Positions 36,073 through 46,885 of a stretch of 64,000 nt of DNA are shown piece after piece. How positions within the stretch are numbered: the stretch's first letter is position 1; every line of letters starts with the position of its first letter. Source of the stretch: an uncultured Acidimicrobiales bacterium (GTDB lineage: Bacteria; Actinomycetota; Acidimicrobiia; Acidimicrobiales; Aldehydirespiratoraceae). Location of the stretch: the NCBI GenBank assembly GCA_958296055.1, contig CATQHS010000001.1, positions 225,917-289,916 on the forward strand. Reading direction: 5' to 3'. Position numbers and translations under genes: made by a program. Under the pieces are notes generated by a model, which did no database searches, was not told where the DNA came from, and saw only the letters and a list, made by a program, of their open reading frames with translations.

Positions 36073-36699
36073 ATGAGAGTTCTCACCAACAGACGGCGCC
36101 AGATCCTCGACTGCATCATCGAAAACCAGCGCGACCGCGGCTACCCGCCCTCCCTGCGGGAGATAGCCGCCGAAGTGGGCCTGCGGTCGCCGGCATCGGT
36201 GAAGGCCCATCTCGACATCCTCCAGAGGCACGGCTATGTGCGGGTGGACCCCACCAAGCCCAGGGCCATCGAGGTGTGCTACGACGAGAACACCGGCGCG
36301 GCCGTCCACCGCCAGCCCGTCCGCCACATCCCGTTAGTGGGCCATGTGGCCGCCGGCACCGATGTGCTGGCGGCTGAGAACGTCGAGGACCTCATCCCGG
36401 TGCCAGCCGACCTGGCCGGCCACGGCGACCTGTTCATGCTGCAGGTCCGGGGCGACTCCATGATTGAGGCCGCCATCCTCGACGGCGACCTGGTGGTGTG
36501 CCGCTCCCAGGGCACGGCCGAGAACGGCGAGATCGTGGTGGCGGGCATACCCGGGGGCGAGGCCACGGTCAAGAAGCTCCGGCGCGACAATGGCCAAGTC
36601 GTGCTGGAGCCGGCCAACAGCCAGTACGCGCCCATGGTGTTCGACAGCGCCGAGGTCTCGGTCTACGGCCGGGTCATCGCGGTGATGCGCCGGCTGTGA
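36073..36699 (+). CDS. lexA: LexA repressor
   Basis: MRVLTNRRRQILDCIIENQRDRGYPPSLREIA is the winged HTH. The cleavage and S24 peptidase region contains GDSM and the Ser/Lys dyad context. RBS GAAGGAG lies upstream of ATG 36073. Confidence 0.9.
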   Translation: MRVLTNRRRQILDCIIENQRDRGYPPSLREIAAEVGLRSPASVKAHLDILQRHGYVRVDPTKPRAIEVCYDENTGAAVHRQPVRHIPLVGHVAAGTDVLAAENVEDLIPVPADLAGHGDLFMLQVRGDSMIEAAILDGDLVVCRSQGTAENGEIVVAGIPGGEATVKKLRRDNGQVVLEPANSQYAPMVFDSAEVSVYGRVIAVMRRL

Positions 36700-36711
36700 G
36701 TCGGCAGTGAC

Positions 36712-37794
36712 TCAAGCGCCGTTGACCAGCAGGTCCCCCAGCGCGGCGTAGGTCGACTCGATCGCCTCCCGGCCGACGTGCTCGTCGCGGGTGTGGGCCA
36801 GCAGCGGGTCGCCGGGGCCGAAGTTGGAGGCCGGCACCCCCCGGGCGGCGAAGAAGGCCACATCGGTCCAGCCCAGCTTGGCCCGCACCGTCAGCCGGTT
36901 GCGCTCGGCCAGGGCGGCCAGCAGCGGGTCGTTCAGGCCGGGCCGGGCCGCCGGGGCCGCATCGAGCAGCTCGACCGTGTCGCCGGCGTCCAGGACCGGG
37001 GCCAGCACGGCCCGCACGTGGGCCTCGGCCTCGGCCGGGGTCCGGTCGGGGGCGAAGCGGTGGTTGACGGTCACCGAGGCCTCGTCGGGCACGACGTTGC
37101 CGGCCGCGCCGCCGGCCACGGCCACCGCCTGCAGCCCCTCGCGGTACTGGCAGCCGTCCACGTCGGGGCGGCGGGGCTCGTAGTCGGCCAGGGCGTCGAG
37201 CACCCCGGCCAGCCGGTGGATGGCGTTGCGGCCCATCCAGGCCCGGGCGGTGTGGGCCCTCTCCCCCGCCAGGGTGACCCGCGCCCTCAGCGTCCCCTGG
37301 CAGCCGGCCTCGACCGCGCCGCCGGTCGGCTCGGCCAGCAGGGCGACATCGGCCTCGAGCAGGTCGGGCCGGGCCTCGAACAGCTCCTTGAGCCCGCTGT
37401 GGCGGCTGTCCACCTCCTCCCGGGCGTACAGCACGTAGCTGACGTCCACGGTCGGGGCGGTCACGGTGCGGGCCAGTTCCAACAGGACGGCCACGCCGCT
37501 CTTCATGTCGGCCGCCCCCAGGCCCCACACGGTGTCGCCGTCGATGCGGGCCCGGTCGTTGCCGGCCGCCGGCACGGTGTCGGTGTGGCCGGCCAGGACG
37601 ATCCGGCGGGCGCGGCCCAGGTTCGTGCGGGCCACCAGGTTGTCGCCGACCCGGTGCGTCTCCAGGTGGGCCAAGCCCGCCAGCTCGGCTTCGAGCGCGT
37701 CGGTGATCGGGCCCTCATAAAAGCTCACCGAGCCGATGTCGATCAGGGCGGCGGTGAGGGCCGGCAGGTCGCCGGCGGGCAGGCTCTGAGTCAC
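36712..37794 (-). CDS. dapE: Succinyl-diaminopimelate desuccinylase (M20 family)
   Basis: GHTDTVP and GLGAADMKSG motifs, adjacent to dapD. Confidence 0.8.
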   Translation of the reverse strand: MTQSLPAGDLPALTAALIDIGSVSFYEGPITDALEAELAGLAHLETHRVGDNLVARTNLGRARRIVLAGHTDTVPAAGNDRARIDGDTVWGLGAADMKSGVAVLLELARTVTAPTVDVSYVLYAREEVDSRHSGLKELFEARPDLLEADVALLAEPTGGAVEAGCQGTLRARVTLAGERAHTARAWMGRNAIHRLAGVLDALADYEPRRPDVDGCQYREGLQAVAVAGGAAGNVVPDEASVTVNHRFAPDRTPAEAEAHVRAVLAPVLDAGDTVELLDAAPAARPGLNDPLLAALAERNRLTVRAKLGWTDVAFFAARGVPASNFGPGDPLLAHTRDEHVGREAIESTYAALGDLLVNGA

Positions 37795-37795
37795 G

Positions 37796-38698
37796 TCAGG
37801 CGGCTCCGCGGCGGCGGGGCCGCGAATCGGGCGGCTCCCAGCGCACGTTAAGCGGCAGCGCGGCGTGGTCGCGCAGGATCTGGCTTAGGGCCGCCTTGTC
37901 GTGGCGCTCCCCCTCGGCCAAGCGGCGGATCACCAGCACCGCGGGCAGCCCGTAGGTGCCGCCAGCGAAGGTGCGGGAGCGGGTGCCGGCCACCGCCACC
38001 GACCAGGCCGGGACCCGGCCCCGGCCCAGCTCTTCGCCGGTCTCGACGTCGATCACCGGGATCGACTCGGTGATCACGGCCCCGGCCCCCAGCACAGTGC
38101 CCCGCCCCACCCTGGCCCCCTCGGCCACGATGCAGCGGCTGCCGATCAGGCAGTCGTCCTCCACGATCACCGGCTCGGCCTGGGGCGGCTCGAGGACCCC
38201 GCCGATGCCCACCCCGCCCGCCAGGTGGACATTGGCGCCGATCTGGGCGCAGGACCCGACGGTGGCCCAGGTGTCGACCATGGAGTTGGCCCCGACGTAG
38301 GCCCCGATGTTGGTGTAGCTCGGCATCATCACCACGCCCGGCCCCTGATAGCTGCCCCAGCGGGCCGACGCCCCCGGCACCGCCCTCACCCCTCGGGCCG
38401 CGTAGCCGGTCTTGAGCGGGATCTTGTCGGCGTACTCGAAGGGGCCGAACTCGATGGTGGACATCCGGGCCGTCTTGAACAGCAACAAAATGGCCTGCTT
38501 GCACCACTGGTTGACCTGCACGGTCCCGTCGTCGAGCACCTCGGCCACCCGGACCTCGCCCGCGTCTAGGGCGTTGATGGCCTCGGTAATCGCGCCGTTG
38601 ACGGCCGGGTCTTCGGCGGCGGCTTGGTCGATCTGATCGCGCTGGGCCCAGAGGTTCTCTATGCGGGACTGGAGGCTGGAGTGAGGGTTGCTGTCCAT
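37796..38698 (-). CDS. dapD: Tetrahydrodipicolinate N-succinyltransferase
   Basis: Left-handed beta-helix hexapeptide repeats with a DapD-type N-terminal domain (RIENLWAQRD...). Confidence 0.8.
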   Translation of the reverse strand: MDSNPHSSLQSRIENLWAQRDQIDQAAAEDPAVNGAITEAINALDAGEVRVAEVLDDGTVQVNQWCKQAILLLFKTARMSTIEFGPFEYADKIPLKTGYAARGVRAVPGASARWGSYQGPGVVMMPSYTNIGAYVGANSMVDTWATVGSCAQIGANVHLAGGVGIGGVLEPPQAEPVIVEDDCLIGSRCIVAEGARVGRGTVLGAGAVITESIPVIDVETGEELGRGRVPAWSVAVAGTRSRTFAGGTYGLPAVLVIRRLAEGERHDKAALSQILRDHAALPLNVRWEPPDSRPRRRGAA

Positions 38699-38787
38699 GA
38701 CCGCAGGCTACCGAGCCGGTAGGCGAGGTTCAGGGCCGGGCGCAAGGGTCGCCGGGTTCAGGGGTTGCGGTTCAAGGCGCGTCTGGG

Positions 38788-39951
38788 TCAGGGGCTGACG
38801 GCGCTGATCCGGTCCAGGGCCAGCTCCAGTCGGTGGTCGGGCTGGACCGCGGCCAGGCGGACATGGTCGGCGGCGGCTTGGCCGTAGAACTCGCCGGGGC
38901 TGCTCACCAGGCCGGCCCGCTCGGCCAGCCGCCGGGCCAGGCCCCAGGCGTCGCCGCCGGGGGCGGGCACCCACAGGTAGAACCCCCCGGCCGGCGGCTC
39001 GGCCGGGGCCCCCGCGGCTTGGGCGATGGCGGCCAGCAGGCCCAGGCGGCGGCGGTAGGTCACCCGCTGGGCGTCGACGTGGGCTTGGTCCTCCCAGGCG
39101 GCGGCGGCCGCGGCCTGCACCGGGCCGGGGACCATCAGCCCGGCGTGCTTGCGGACCTCGCGCAGATAGCCGACCAGGTCGGCGTCGCCAGCGTAGAACC
39201 CGGCCCGGGCCCCGGCCAGGTTCGACCGCTTCGACAGCGAGTGGACGGCCAGCACTCCGGAGGCCCCGGACTCCAGGATCGTGCGGGGCGGTCCGTCCCA
39301 GGTGAACTCGGCGTAGCACTCGTCGCTGGCCGCGATCACGCCCCGGTCCCGGCCCCAGCGGGCCGCGGCGGCCAGGTCGTCGAGGCCGCCGGCCGGGTTG
39401 CCGGGGGTGTTGACCCACAGGCACAGGGCCCGGGCCGCGTCGGCCTCGTCCACCGCGGCCAGGTCGATCCGGAACCGGTCGTCCATCGGGACGGGCACGG
39501 CCCGGCACCCGGCCAGGGTTGCCCCCATGGCGTAGCTCGGGTAGGAGACGGCCGGGTGCAGCACCGTGTCCCGGTCGGGGCGGCGGAGCTGCAGGAACCG
39601 GGGCAGCGACGCCACTAGCTCCTTGGTGCCGACGCAGGCGGCCAGCTCGGCGTCGGGGTCGACGGCCACGCCGAAGCGCCGCCGGAGCCAGGCCGCCGCG
39701 GCCCGGCGGTATCCGGGTTCGCCGGCCGAGGCCGGGTAGCCCCGCTCGGACTCGGACCGGGCCAGGGCCTCCACCACCGAGGCCGGGGGCGGGTCGCAGG
39801 GTTGGCCGACCGAGCAGTCCACCGCCCCGCCGGGGGCTTGGGCGGCGATGGCCCTGATCTCACCGAGCCGGTCGTAGGGGTAGGCGGGCGGCACGAAGCC
39901 CGCCGTCGAGGTTGAGGTTGAAGTTGAGGTTGAAGTTGAGGGCGGGGTCAT
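38788..39951 (-). CDS. dapC: Succinyldiaminopimelate aminotransferase (class I PLP aminotransferase)
   Basis: 387 aa with an actinobacterial DapC-like sequence (SLSKRSNLAG carries the PLP lysine). The N-terminus carries an (ST)6 microsatellite. Confidence 0.75.
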   Translation of the reverse strand: MTPPSTSTSTSTSTSTAGFVPPAYPYDRLGEIRAIAAQAPGGAVDCSVGQPCDPPPASVVEALARSESERGYPASAGEPGYRRAAAAWLRRRFGVAVDPDAELAACVGTKELVASLPRFLQLRRPDRDTVLHPAVSYPSYAMGATLAGCRAVPVPMDDRFRIDLAAVDEADAARALCLWVNTPGNPAGGLDDLAAAARWGRDRGVIAASDECYAEFTWDGPPRTILESGASGVLAVHSLSKRSNLAGARAGFYAGDADLVGYLREVRKHAGLMVPGPVQAAAAAAWEDQAHVDAQRVTYRRRLGLLAAIAQAAGAPAEPPAGGFYLWVPAPGGDAWGLARRLAERAGLVSSPGEFYGQAAADHVRLAAVQPDHRLELALDRISAVSP

Positions 39952-41339
39952 GGCGCGACGATGTAGTCCCGGAACGAGCCGATCGAGGCCGGCTCCAAGC
40001 GGGCCCGCAGCCTCATGCCGTGCTCCTCGGCCGTCTCGGTGAGCACTTGGCCCTCGCGGTGTACCCCGGCCAGCACCCGGGCCTGCTCCCAGGGCACCAT
40101 CAGCTCGACCACGTCGGTCATGGACCTGAGCCGGTCGCCGATGAGCTGGCGCAGCTCGTCAATCCCGGCGCCGGTGAGGGCCGACACCGCCACGGTCGGC
40201 TCGGGGCGGTCGCAGCCCCAGCCGTTCTGGCCGTTCCAGCCCTGGGACTGGTCTAGGTCTGACTGGTTCAGGTCCGACTTGTTCAGGACCATGATCTCGG
40301 GCCGGTCGCCCGCGCCGATCTCGGCCAGCACCTCACGCACCGCGGCCACCGAGCCCTGTGGATCGGCGGCGGCGCCGTCCACGACGTGCAGCAGCAGGTC
40401 GGCGTCGCGCACCACATCGAGCGTGGTCTTGAACGCCTCCACCAACTGGTGGGGCAGCTTGCGCACAAACCCGACCGTGTCGCTGGCCAGCACCGTCTCG
40501 CCGCCGTCGAGCACCAGCCTGCGGGTGGTGGTGTCGAGGGTGCAGAACAGGCGGTCCTCGACCGCGGCGGCGGCCCCGGTGAGCCGGTTCAGCAGCGACG
40601 ACTTCCCGGCGTTGGTGTAGCCGACCAGAGCCACGGCCCGGCTCCGGGAACGGTGCCGGGACTTGGAGCGGGTCCGGCGGTGCTGCTCCAGAGTGCGCAG
40701 CTCGTCCTCCAACTTGTGGACGCGCCGCACCAGGCGGCGGCGGTCCGTCTCCAGACGGGTCTCGCCCGGCCCCCGGGTGCCGATACCGCCGGCCTGCTGG
40801 GACAGGCGCTGGCCCGACCCCCGCAAGCGGGGCAGCCGATAGCGGAGTTGGGCCAACTCGACCTGGGCCTTGCCCTCGGGGGTGCTGGCGTTCTGGGCGA
40901 AGATGTCCAGGATCACCGCGGTGCGGTCCAAGGCGGTACGGCCCAGCAGCTTCTCCAGGTTGAACTGCTGGGCCGGGGTGAGCTCTTCGTCGAACACCAC
41001 CGTGTCGCAGTCAACCCGCTCGGCCGCGTCCCGGATCTCCAGCGCCTTGCCGGAGCCGACGAAGGTGGCCGGGTCGGGGGCGGACCGGCGCTGGCGGATC
41101 CGCTCCACCGCGTCGGCGCCGGCCGTGTCCACCAGCAGGCTCAGCTCGTCCAGGGATGCCTCGGTGTCGGCCGAGTCGGCTCCGGCGCGGGTGACGCCCA
41201 CCAGCACGATCCGCTCCCTGAAAGCCCGGTCGATGAGGCCGGAGACGCCGCCGCCCAAGTCGCCGAACCCGCCCCGGTGGGTGACTTGGCCCGAGTCGGT
41301 GACTTGAGCCGGACGGGACGGCGGATGACGGCTGGTCAC
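39948..41339 (-). CDS. hflX: GTPase HflX
   Basis: HflX N-domain plus G-domain (GYTNAGKSSLLN, DTVGF, NKSD). Confidence 0.9.
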   Translation of the reverse strand: MTSRHPPSRPAQVTDSGQVTHRGGFGDLGGGVSGLIDRAFRERIVLVGVTRAGADSADTEASLDELSLLVDTAGADAVERIRQRRSAPDPATFVGSGKALEIRDAAERVDCDTVVFDEELTPAQQFNLEKLLGRTALDRTAVILDIFAQNASTPEGKAQVELAQLRYRLPRLRGSGQRLSQQAGGIGTRGPGETRLETDRRRLVRRVHKLEDELRTLEQHRRTRSKSRHRSRSRAVALVGYTNAGKSSLLNRLTGAAAAVEDRLFCTLDTTTRRLVLDGGETVLASDTVGFVRKLPHQLVEAFKTTLDVVRDADLLLHVVDGAAADPQGSVAAVREVLAEIGAGDRPEIMVLNKSDLNQSDLDQSQGWNGQNGWGCDRPEPTVAVSALTGAGIDELRQLIGDRLRSMTDVVELMVPWEQARVLAGVHREGQVLTETAEEHGMRLRARLEPASIGSFRDYIVAP

Positions 41340-42358
41340 GGGGCGCCCCAGCCAGGGAGGACGAGGACATCGCCGGAAAGCTCGATGTCAGCGACGTGGA
41401 CCACCGGGCCGGTGAGCGCGGCGGGCGGGCCCAGATGCACCCGGGCCTCGCCGCCGGGCATGGCCACGACGATCTCACCTGGCCCGTTTCCAGCATCGAC
41501 GCCAGCCCCGGCGGAGGCATCAGCCCCGGCACTCTCGCCGCCAACACCAGCCCCAGCGGCGGCACCAGGGTCAGCCCCAGCGGCGGAGCCAGCCCCAGCG
41601 GCAGCGTCAGCCCCGGCGGCCCAGGCGTCGAACACCGCGGCCGCCACCACCGCCCCGCTGCCGCACGACTCGGTAACCCCCGCCCCCCGCTCCCAGATCC
41701 GCATCCTCACCCGACGGGGGCCGGCCGCGGCGGCGAAGTGGACGTTGGCGCCGCCGGCGAAGCAGGCCTCCACCGCGGCCCCGGCCGACTCCAGGTCGAC
41801 CGAGCCGGGGTCGGCCACCTCGACCACCGCGTGGGGATTGCCGACCGACCCGGTCCGCCAGCGGCCGGTGAACCCCTCCACCTGAGCCAGGGCGGCGGTG
41901 AGCCGGTCGAGGTCAGGGGCCGCCGAGTCCAGGGCCACGGCCCCCATCTCCACCCGGCCCGTCGCCGACCCGGCGCCGGGCTCGATCCGGCAGCGCCGAG
42001 GCCCGGCCGGGGTGTCGATCTCGACATCGATGTCGTTTGTCCCCCGGGTCAGGGCCTGGGCCAGGCAGCGCAGCCCGTTGCCGGAGATCTCGGCCTCGGA
42101 GCCGTCGGCGTTCCACAGCCGCATCCGCACCCCTTCGGCGGACTCGACGCCCAGCACCAGCCCGTCGGCGCCGACGCCCCGGCGGCGGTGACATAGCGCC
42201 ACGGCTGACTGGCCTAGGAACCGGGCCGAGTTGACGGTGATCTCACCGTCGGCTGACGGCTCGCTCACCAGGGCGACCAGAAAATCGTTGCCGGTGCTGT
42301 GGTGCTTGGAGAGCCGCAGGGTCACCCCGCCATTGTCGCAGGTCTCCCCCGCTGTCAC
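41336..42358 (-). CDS. dapF: Diaminopimelate epimerase
   Basis: GNDFLV and SCGSGA catalytic Cys contexts. It contains a Gly/Ala-rich insertion of about 50 aa. Confidence 0.85.
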   Translation of the reverse strand: MTAGETCDNGGVTLRLSKHHSTGNDFLVALVSEPSADGEITVNSARFLGQSAVALCHRRRGVGADGLVLGVESAEGVRMRLWNADGSEAEISGNGLRCLAQALTRGTNDIDVEIDTPAGPRRCRIEPGAGSATGRVEMGAVALDSAAPDLDRLTAALAQVEGFTGRWRTGSVGNPHAVVEVADPGSVDLESAGAAVEACFAGGANVHFAAAAGPRRVRMRIWERGAGVTESCGSGAVVAAAVFDAWAAGADAAAGAGSAAGADPGAAAGAGVGGESAGADASAGAGVDAGNGPGEIVVAMPGGEARVHLGPPAALTGPVVHVADIELSGDVLVLPGWGAP

Positions 42359-43374
42359 TTCCCGCCGCCTTTCGACTCTTGGGGGTCGGGGGCGGCCGGG
42401 CGCCGGGATGGGTCGGCGATGGCGGCGTCCCAGACGGCGGTCACCTCTTCGACCGCGGCGGGGGCGTCCAGCCAGCAGATGCGGGGATCGCGCCGGAACC
42501 AGCTCTGCTGGCGGCGGGCGAAGCGGCGGGTGCGGGCCACGGCCGCCTCGACCGCCTCCTCCAGGGTCAGCTCGCCCCGCAGATGGGCCAGCAGCTCCCG
42601 GTACCCCAGGGCCTGGGCCGCAGTGCGCGACAACTCCCGGCCGGCCAGGGCTTTCACCTCGTCCAGGAATCCGGCCTGGAGCTGGCCGCGGTAACGGGCC
42701 GCGATGCGGGCGTCGAGGTCGGGGCGGGGCCGGTGCAGGCCCACCTGCACGAACGGGGTGGGCGGGTAGCGGTCCAGGCCGGGCCCGTACGACGAAAACG
42801 GCCGGCCGCCGCCCAGGGTCACCTCCAGGGCCCTCACCACCCGGCGCCGGTTGGACGGCTCCATGCGGGCCGCGGCCGCCGGGTCTAGCCCGACCAGCTT
42901 GCGGTGCAGCCCGGCGGTGTCGGGATCGGCCTCGATCTCCCGGCGCACGTCGGGCCAGCGGCCGGGCATGTCGAGGTCATCGACCACGGCCCGCACATAC
43001 AGCCCGGTGCCGCCCACCAGCACCGGGACCCCGCCCCGGCCCCGGACGGCGGCGACGGCGGCCCGGGCCTCGCGCTGGAGGTCGGCGACGCTGAACTCCT
43101 CGGTCGGCTCGACCAGGTCGATCAGGTGGTGGGGGATCTCGGCCTGCTCGGCGGGGGTGGGGGTGGCGGTGCCGATGTCCATGCCCTTGTAGACCTGCAT
43201 GGAGTCGACGGCCACGATCTCGACCGGGCCCTCCATCGACTGGCCAAGCTGCCGGGCCAGCGCCAGGGCTAGGGCCGACTTGCCCGACGCGGTGGGGCCG
43301 ACGACCGCCAGCGGCCGGTCGGCTCTTGAGTGCCGGTCCGGCCCGAACTCCGCCCGCTCGGACCCTGACAACAC
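42355..43374 (-). CDS. miaA: tRNA dimethylallyltransferase
   Basis: P-loop GPTASGKSALAL and DSMQVYKGMDIGTATP. The start is uncertain: GTG 43374 or 43419, both within a 45-bp tandem repeat. Confidence 0.85.
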   Translation of the reverse strand: MLSGSERAEFGPDRHSRADRPLAVVGPTASGKSALALALARQLGQSMEGPVEIVAVDSMQVYKGMDIGTATPTPAEQAEIPHHLIDLVEPTEEFSVADLQREARAAVAAVRGRGGVPVLVGGTGLYVRAVVDDLDMPGRWPDVRREIEADPDTAGLHRKLVGLDPAAAARMEPSNRRRVVRALEVTLGGGRPFSSYGPGLDRYPPTPFVQVGLHRPRPDLDARIAARYRGQLQAGFLDEVKALAGRELSRTAAQALGYRELLAHLRGELTLEEAVEAAVARTRRFARRQQSWFRRDPRICWLDAPAAVEEVTAVWDAAIADPSRRPAAPDPQESKGGGK

Positions 43375-43472
43375 GTCAGGGCCGGCCGTCGCCGCCGCCC
43401 GCTCAGACCCTGACAACACGTCAGGGCCAGGCGCCTCCCGCTCGGCCGGGCGGTCGGGGTGGGCTTGTCGCC

Positions 43473-44984
43473 TCAGCTTGCAGCGACGGGGATGCGGGGC
43501 CGGTGCCGAGGCGGGCGGACCACGTCGAGCATTTCGCCCCTCAGATGGTGGGCGCCCGCGTCGGTGACCCTCACGCTCACGTAACTGCCGACCCTCACCG
43601 GGCGGGTCGGGGCGAAGTGGACCAGCGTGTTGCGCCGGGTCCGGCCGGTGAGGACGCCCGGGTCCTTCTTGCTCGGCCCCTCCACGGTCGCCTCCTCTAC
43701 CGCTCCGACCCGGGCCCGGTTGGCCAGCAGGCTGGAGCGCTCGACCACCTGCCGCAGCCGCCGGTAGCGGTCGGCGGTTGCCGGTCTGGGCACGAACCGG
43801 TCGGTGAGCTCGGCCGCTCGGGTGCCGGGCCGGGGCGAGAAGATGAAGGTGAAGGCGCTGTCGTAGCGGGCTTCGGCCGTCACTTCGAGGGTCTGCTCGA
43901 AGTCGGCCTCGGTCTCGCCGGGGAACCCGACGATTATGTCGGTGGAGACGGCCAAGTCGGCCACCGCCGCCCGGGCCCGGGCCAGCCGGTCCAGGTAGCC
44001 CTGCGCGGTGTAGCCCCGGCGCATGGCGGCCAGGATCGCGTCGCTGCCCGACTGCAGGGGCAGATGCAGGTGCTCGCACACCGGGCCGACTTCGGCCATG
44101 GCCGCCATGGTGGCGGGCCGGAGGTCCTTGGGGTGGGGGCTGGTGAACCGGACCCGGTGGATGCCATCGATCTCCCCCACCGCCCGCAGCAGGTCGGCGA
44201 ACAGCGGCCGGGCCCGCCGGTCGGCGGGCCACACCGGACCGCACTGCCACTCGTCGCCGTTAGAGCCCGCGGCCCAGCCCTGACCGGTGTCGGAACTGCC
44301 GAGGCCGAAGCCGCCGTCGCCGTCAGAGCCCGCGGCCCGGCGGGCCAGGGCCAGGTCCCGACCGAAGCTGTTGACGTTCTGGCCCAGCAGGGTGACCTCG
44401 CTCACCCCCTCGGCCGCCAGCCGCCTGACCTCGGCGACGATCTCACCGAAGGGCCGGCTGATCTCGGGGCCCCGCACAGCGGGCACGATGCAGAAGGCGC
44501 AACTGTTGTCGCAGCCGATCTGGATGGTCACCCAGGCCGCGTGGTCGCAGTCGCGGCGCACCGGCAGCGCCGAGGGGAAGGCGGCCGCGTCCTCCGTCTC
44601 GGCCAGGATCTCCACCACCGGGCCGCGGTCGGCGGCCTGGCGCAGCAGGGCCGCGGCCCGGTGCACGTTGTGGGTGCCGAACACCACGTCGACGTGGCCG
44701 GCCCGGCGGCGGACGAGTTCCCCGTCCTTTTGGGCCAGGCAGCCCGCCACCGCGATCTGGACGCCGGGCCGGGCATCTTTCGTCGCCTTCAGTTGGCCGA
44801 GGGCGCCGTAGAGCTTGTTGTCGGCGTTCTCGCGTATGCAGCAGGTGTTGAGGACGATCACGTCGGCCGACTCAACCCCGTCGGCCCGCTCTAGGCCATC
44901 GGCCTCCAGCAGCCCGGCGATGCGCTCGGAGTCATGCTCGTTCATCTGGCACCCGAAGGTGCGGATGGCGTAGGACCGGCCCAT
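43473..44984 (-). CDS. miaB: tRNA-i6A37 methylthiotransferase (radical SAM)
   Basis: MGRSYAIRTFGCQMNEHDS, radical-SAM motif CDNSCAFCIVP, and a TRAM domain at the C-terminus. Confidence 0.9.
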   Translation of the reverse strand: MGRSYAIRTFGCQMNEHDSERIAGLLEADGLERADGVESADVIVLNTCCIRENADNKLYGALGQLKATKDARPGVQIAVAGCLAQKDGELVRRRAGHVDVVFGTHNVHRAAALLRQAADRGPVVEILAETEDAAAFPSALPVRRDCDHAAWVTIQIGCDNSCAFCIVPAVRGPEISRPFGEIVAEVRRLAAEGVSEVTLLGQNVNSFGRDLALARRAAGSDGDGGFGLGSSDTGQGWAAGSNGDEWQCGPVWPADRRARPLFADLLRAVGEIDGIHRVRFTSPHPKDLRPATMAAMAEVGPVCEHLHLPLQSGSDAILAAMRRGYTAQGYLDRLARARAAVADLAVSTDIIVGFPGETEADFEQTLEVTAEARYDSAFTFIFSPRPGTRAAELTDRFVPRPATADRYRRLRQVVERSSLLANRARVGAVEEATVEGPSKKDPGVLTGRTRRNTLVHFAPTRPVRVGSYVSVRVTDAGAHHLRGEMLDVVRPPRHRPRIPVAAS

Positions 44985-45130
44985 CGCCCCCAGGCTACCG
45001 CCAGCCCGGGGGCGGCCAGCCAGCCCCGGGCCGGCGGCGCCGCGGCGGCCGGGACCGGCTGACCCGCGCCGGGCCGTCAGCCGACCGGCCAGCCCCGCCG
45101 GGACCGGCCAGCCGGCGCCGGGCTGACCTG

Positions 45131-46189
<1,059 letters not shown>

Positions 46190-46295
46190 TTTTCGTCTCT
46201 CCTGAATGCTCGGAGTTGGATGGGGGAAGTTGGTTGCGAACCTACTGAGGGGGTGTGACAGCCTCCGGCACGGCAGGCCCGACCGGGACGACACC

Positions 46296-46324
46296 AATGT
46301 AGTTATGAACACCCGTTCAGTCAA
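46296..46324 (-). promoter_or_regulatory. Candidate recA promoter (TTGACT-N17-TACATT on minus strand)
   Basis: The hexamers flank and overlap the SOS box. This is a motif match only. Confidence 0.45.
46305..46320. promoter_or_regulatory. LexA (SOS) box ATGAACACCCGTTCAG upstream of recA
   Basis: GAAC-N4-GTTC core of the actinobacterial SOS box, about 120 nt upstream of the recA start, inside the candidate promoter spacer. Confidence 0.7.
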
Positions 46325-46474
46325 GCATCCCCCTGCGAACGGCCGATCTCGCCGGTCAGCCGTCGAGTGGCCAATAGGCTGGGAGGGCCGCCGGGCGGCG
46401 AGCGGCCGATCAAGGCGGGAAGCGATGCTCGGCGACTGACCGCAACCGACAGGAACCGAGCGAAGGCGGACATT

Positions 46475-46873
46475 ATGCCATCGAAAACCCCGAATGACAC
46501 CGAGCTGCGGGATCGCCTCACCCCGACCCAGTACCAGGTGACCCAGCAGGCCGGCACCGAGCGGCCCTTCACCGGCCAGTACTGGGACTGCCACGACGAC
46601 GGCGTCTACCGCTGCATCGTGTGCGACGCCGCCCTGTTCGACAGCGGCACCAAGTACGACTCCGGGACGGGCTGGCCCAGCTTCTGGGAATCGGTCGACC
46701 CGAGCCGCATCGAGATCCGCACCGACACCAGCCGCGGCATGGTTCGCGAGGAGGCGGTGTGCGCCGGGTGCGGCGCCCATCTCGGGCACCGCTTCGACGA
46801 CGGCCCGCAGCCGACCGGGCAGCGCTACTGCATGAACTCGGCGTCGCTGCGCCTCGACCCAGCCCGCCTCTGA
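46475..46873 (+). CDS. msrB: Peptide-methionine (R)-S-oxide reductase
   Basis: SelR domain with CxxC..CxxC zinc site ([16 protein letters not shown]) and GWPSF. Trimmed to ATG 46475. Confidence 0.9.
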   Translation: MPSKTPNDTELRDRLTPTQYQVTQQAGTERPFTGQYWDCHDDGVYRCIVCDAALFDSGTKYDSGTGWPSFWESVDPSRIEIRTDTSRGMVREEAVCAGCGAHLGHRFDDGPQPTGQRYCMNSASLRLDPARL

Positions 46874-46885
46874 CTCAGGCGCGAC

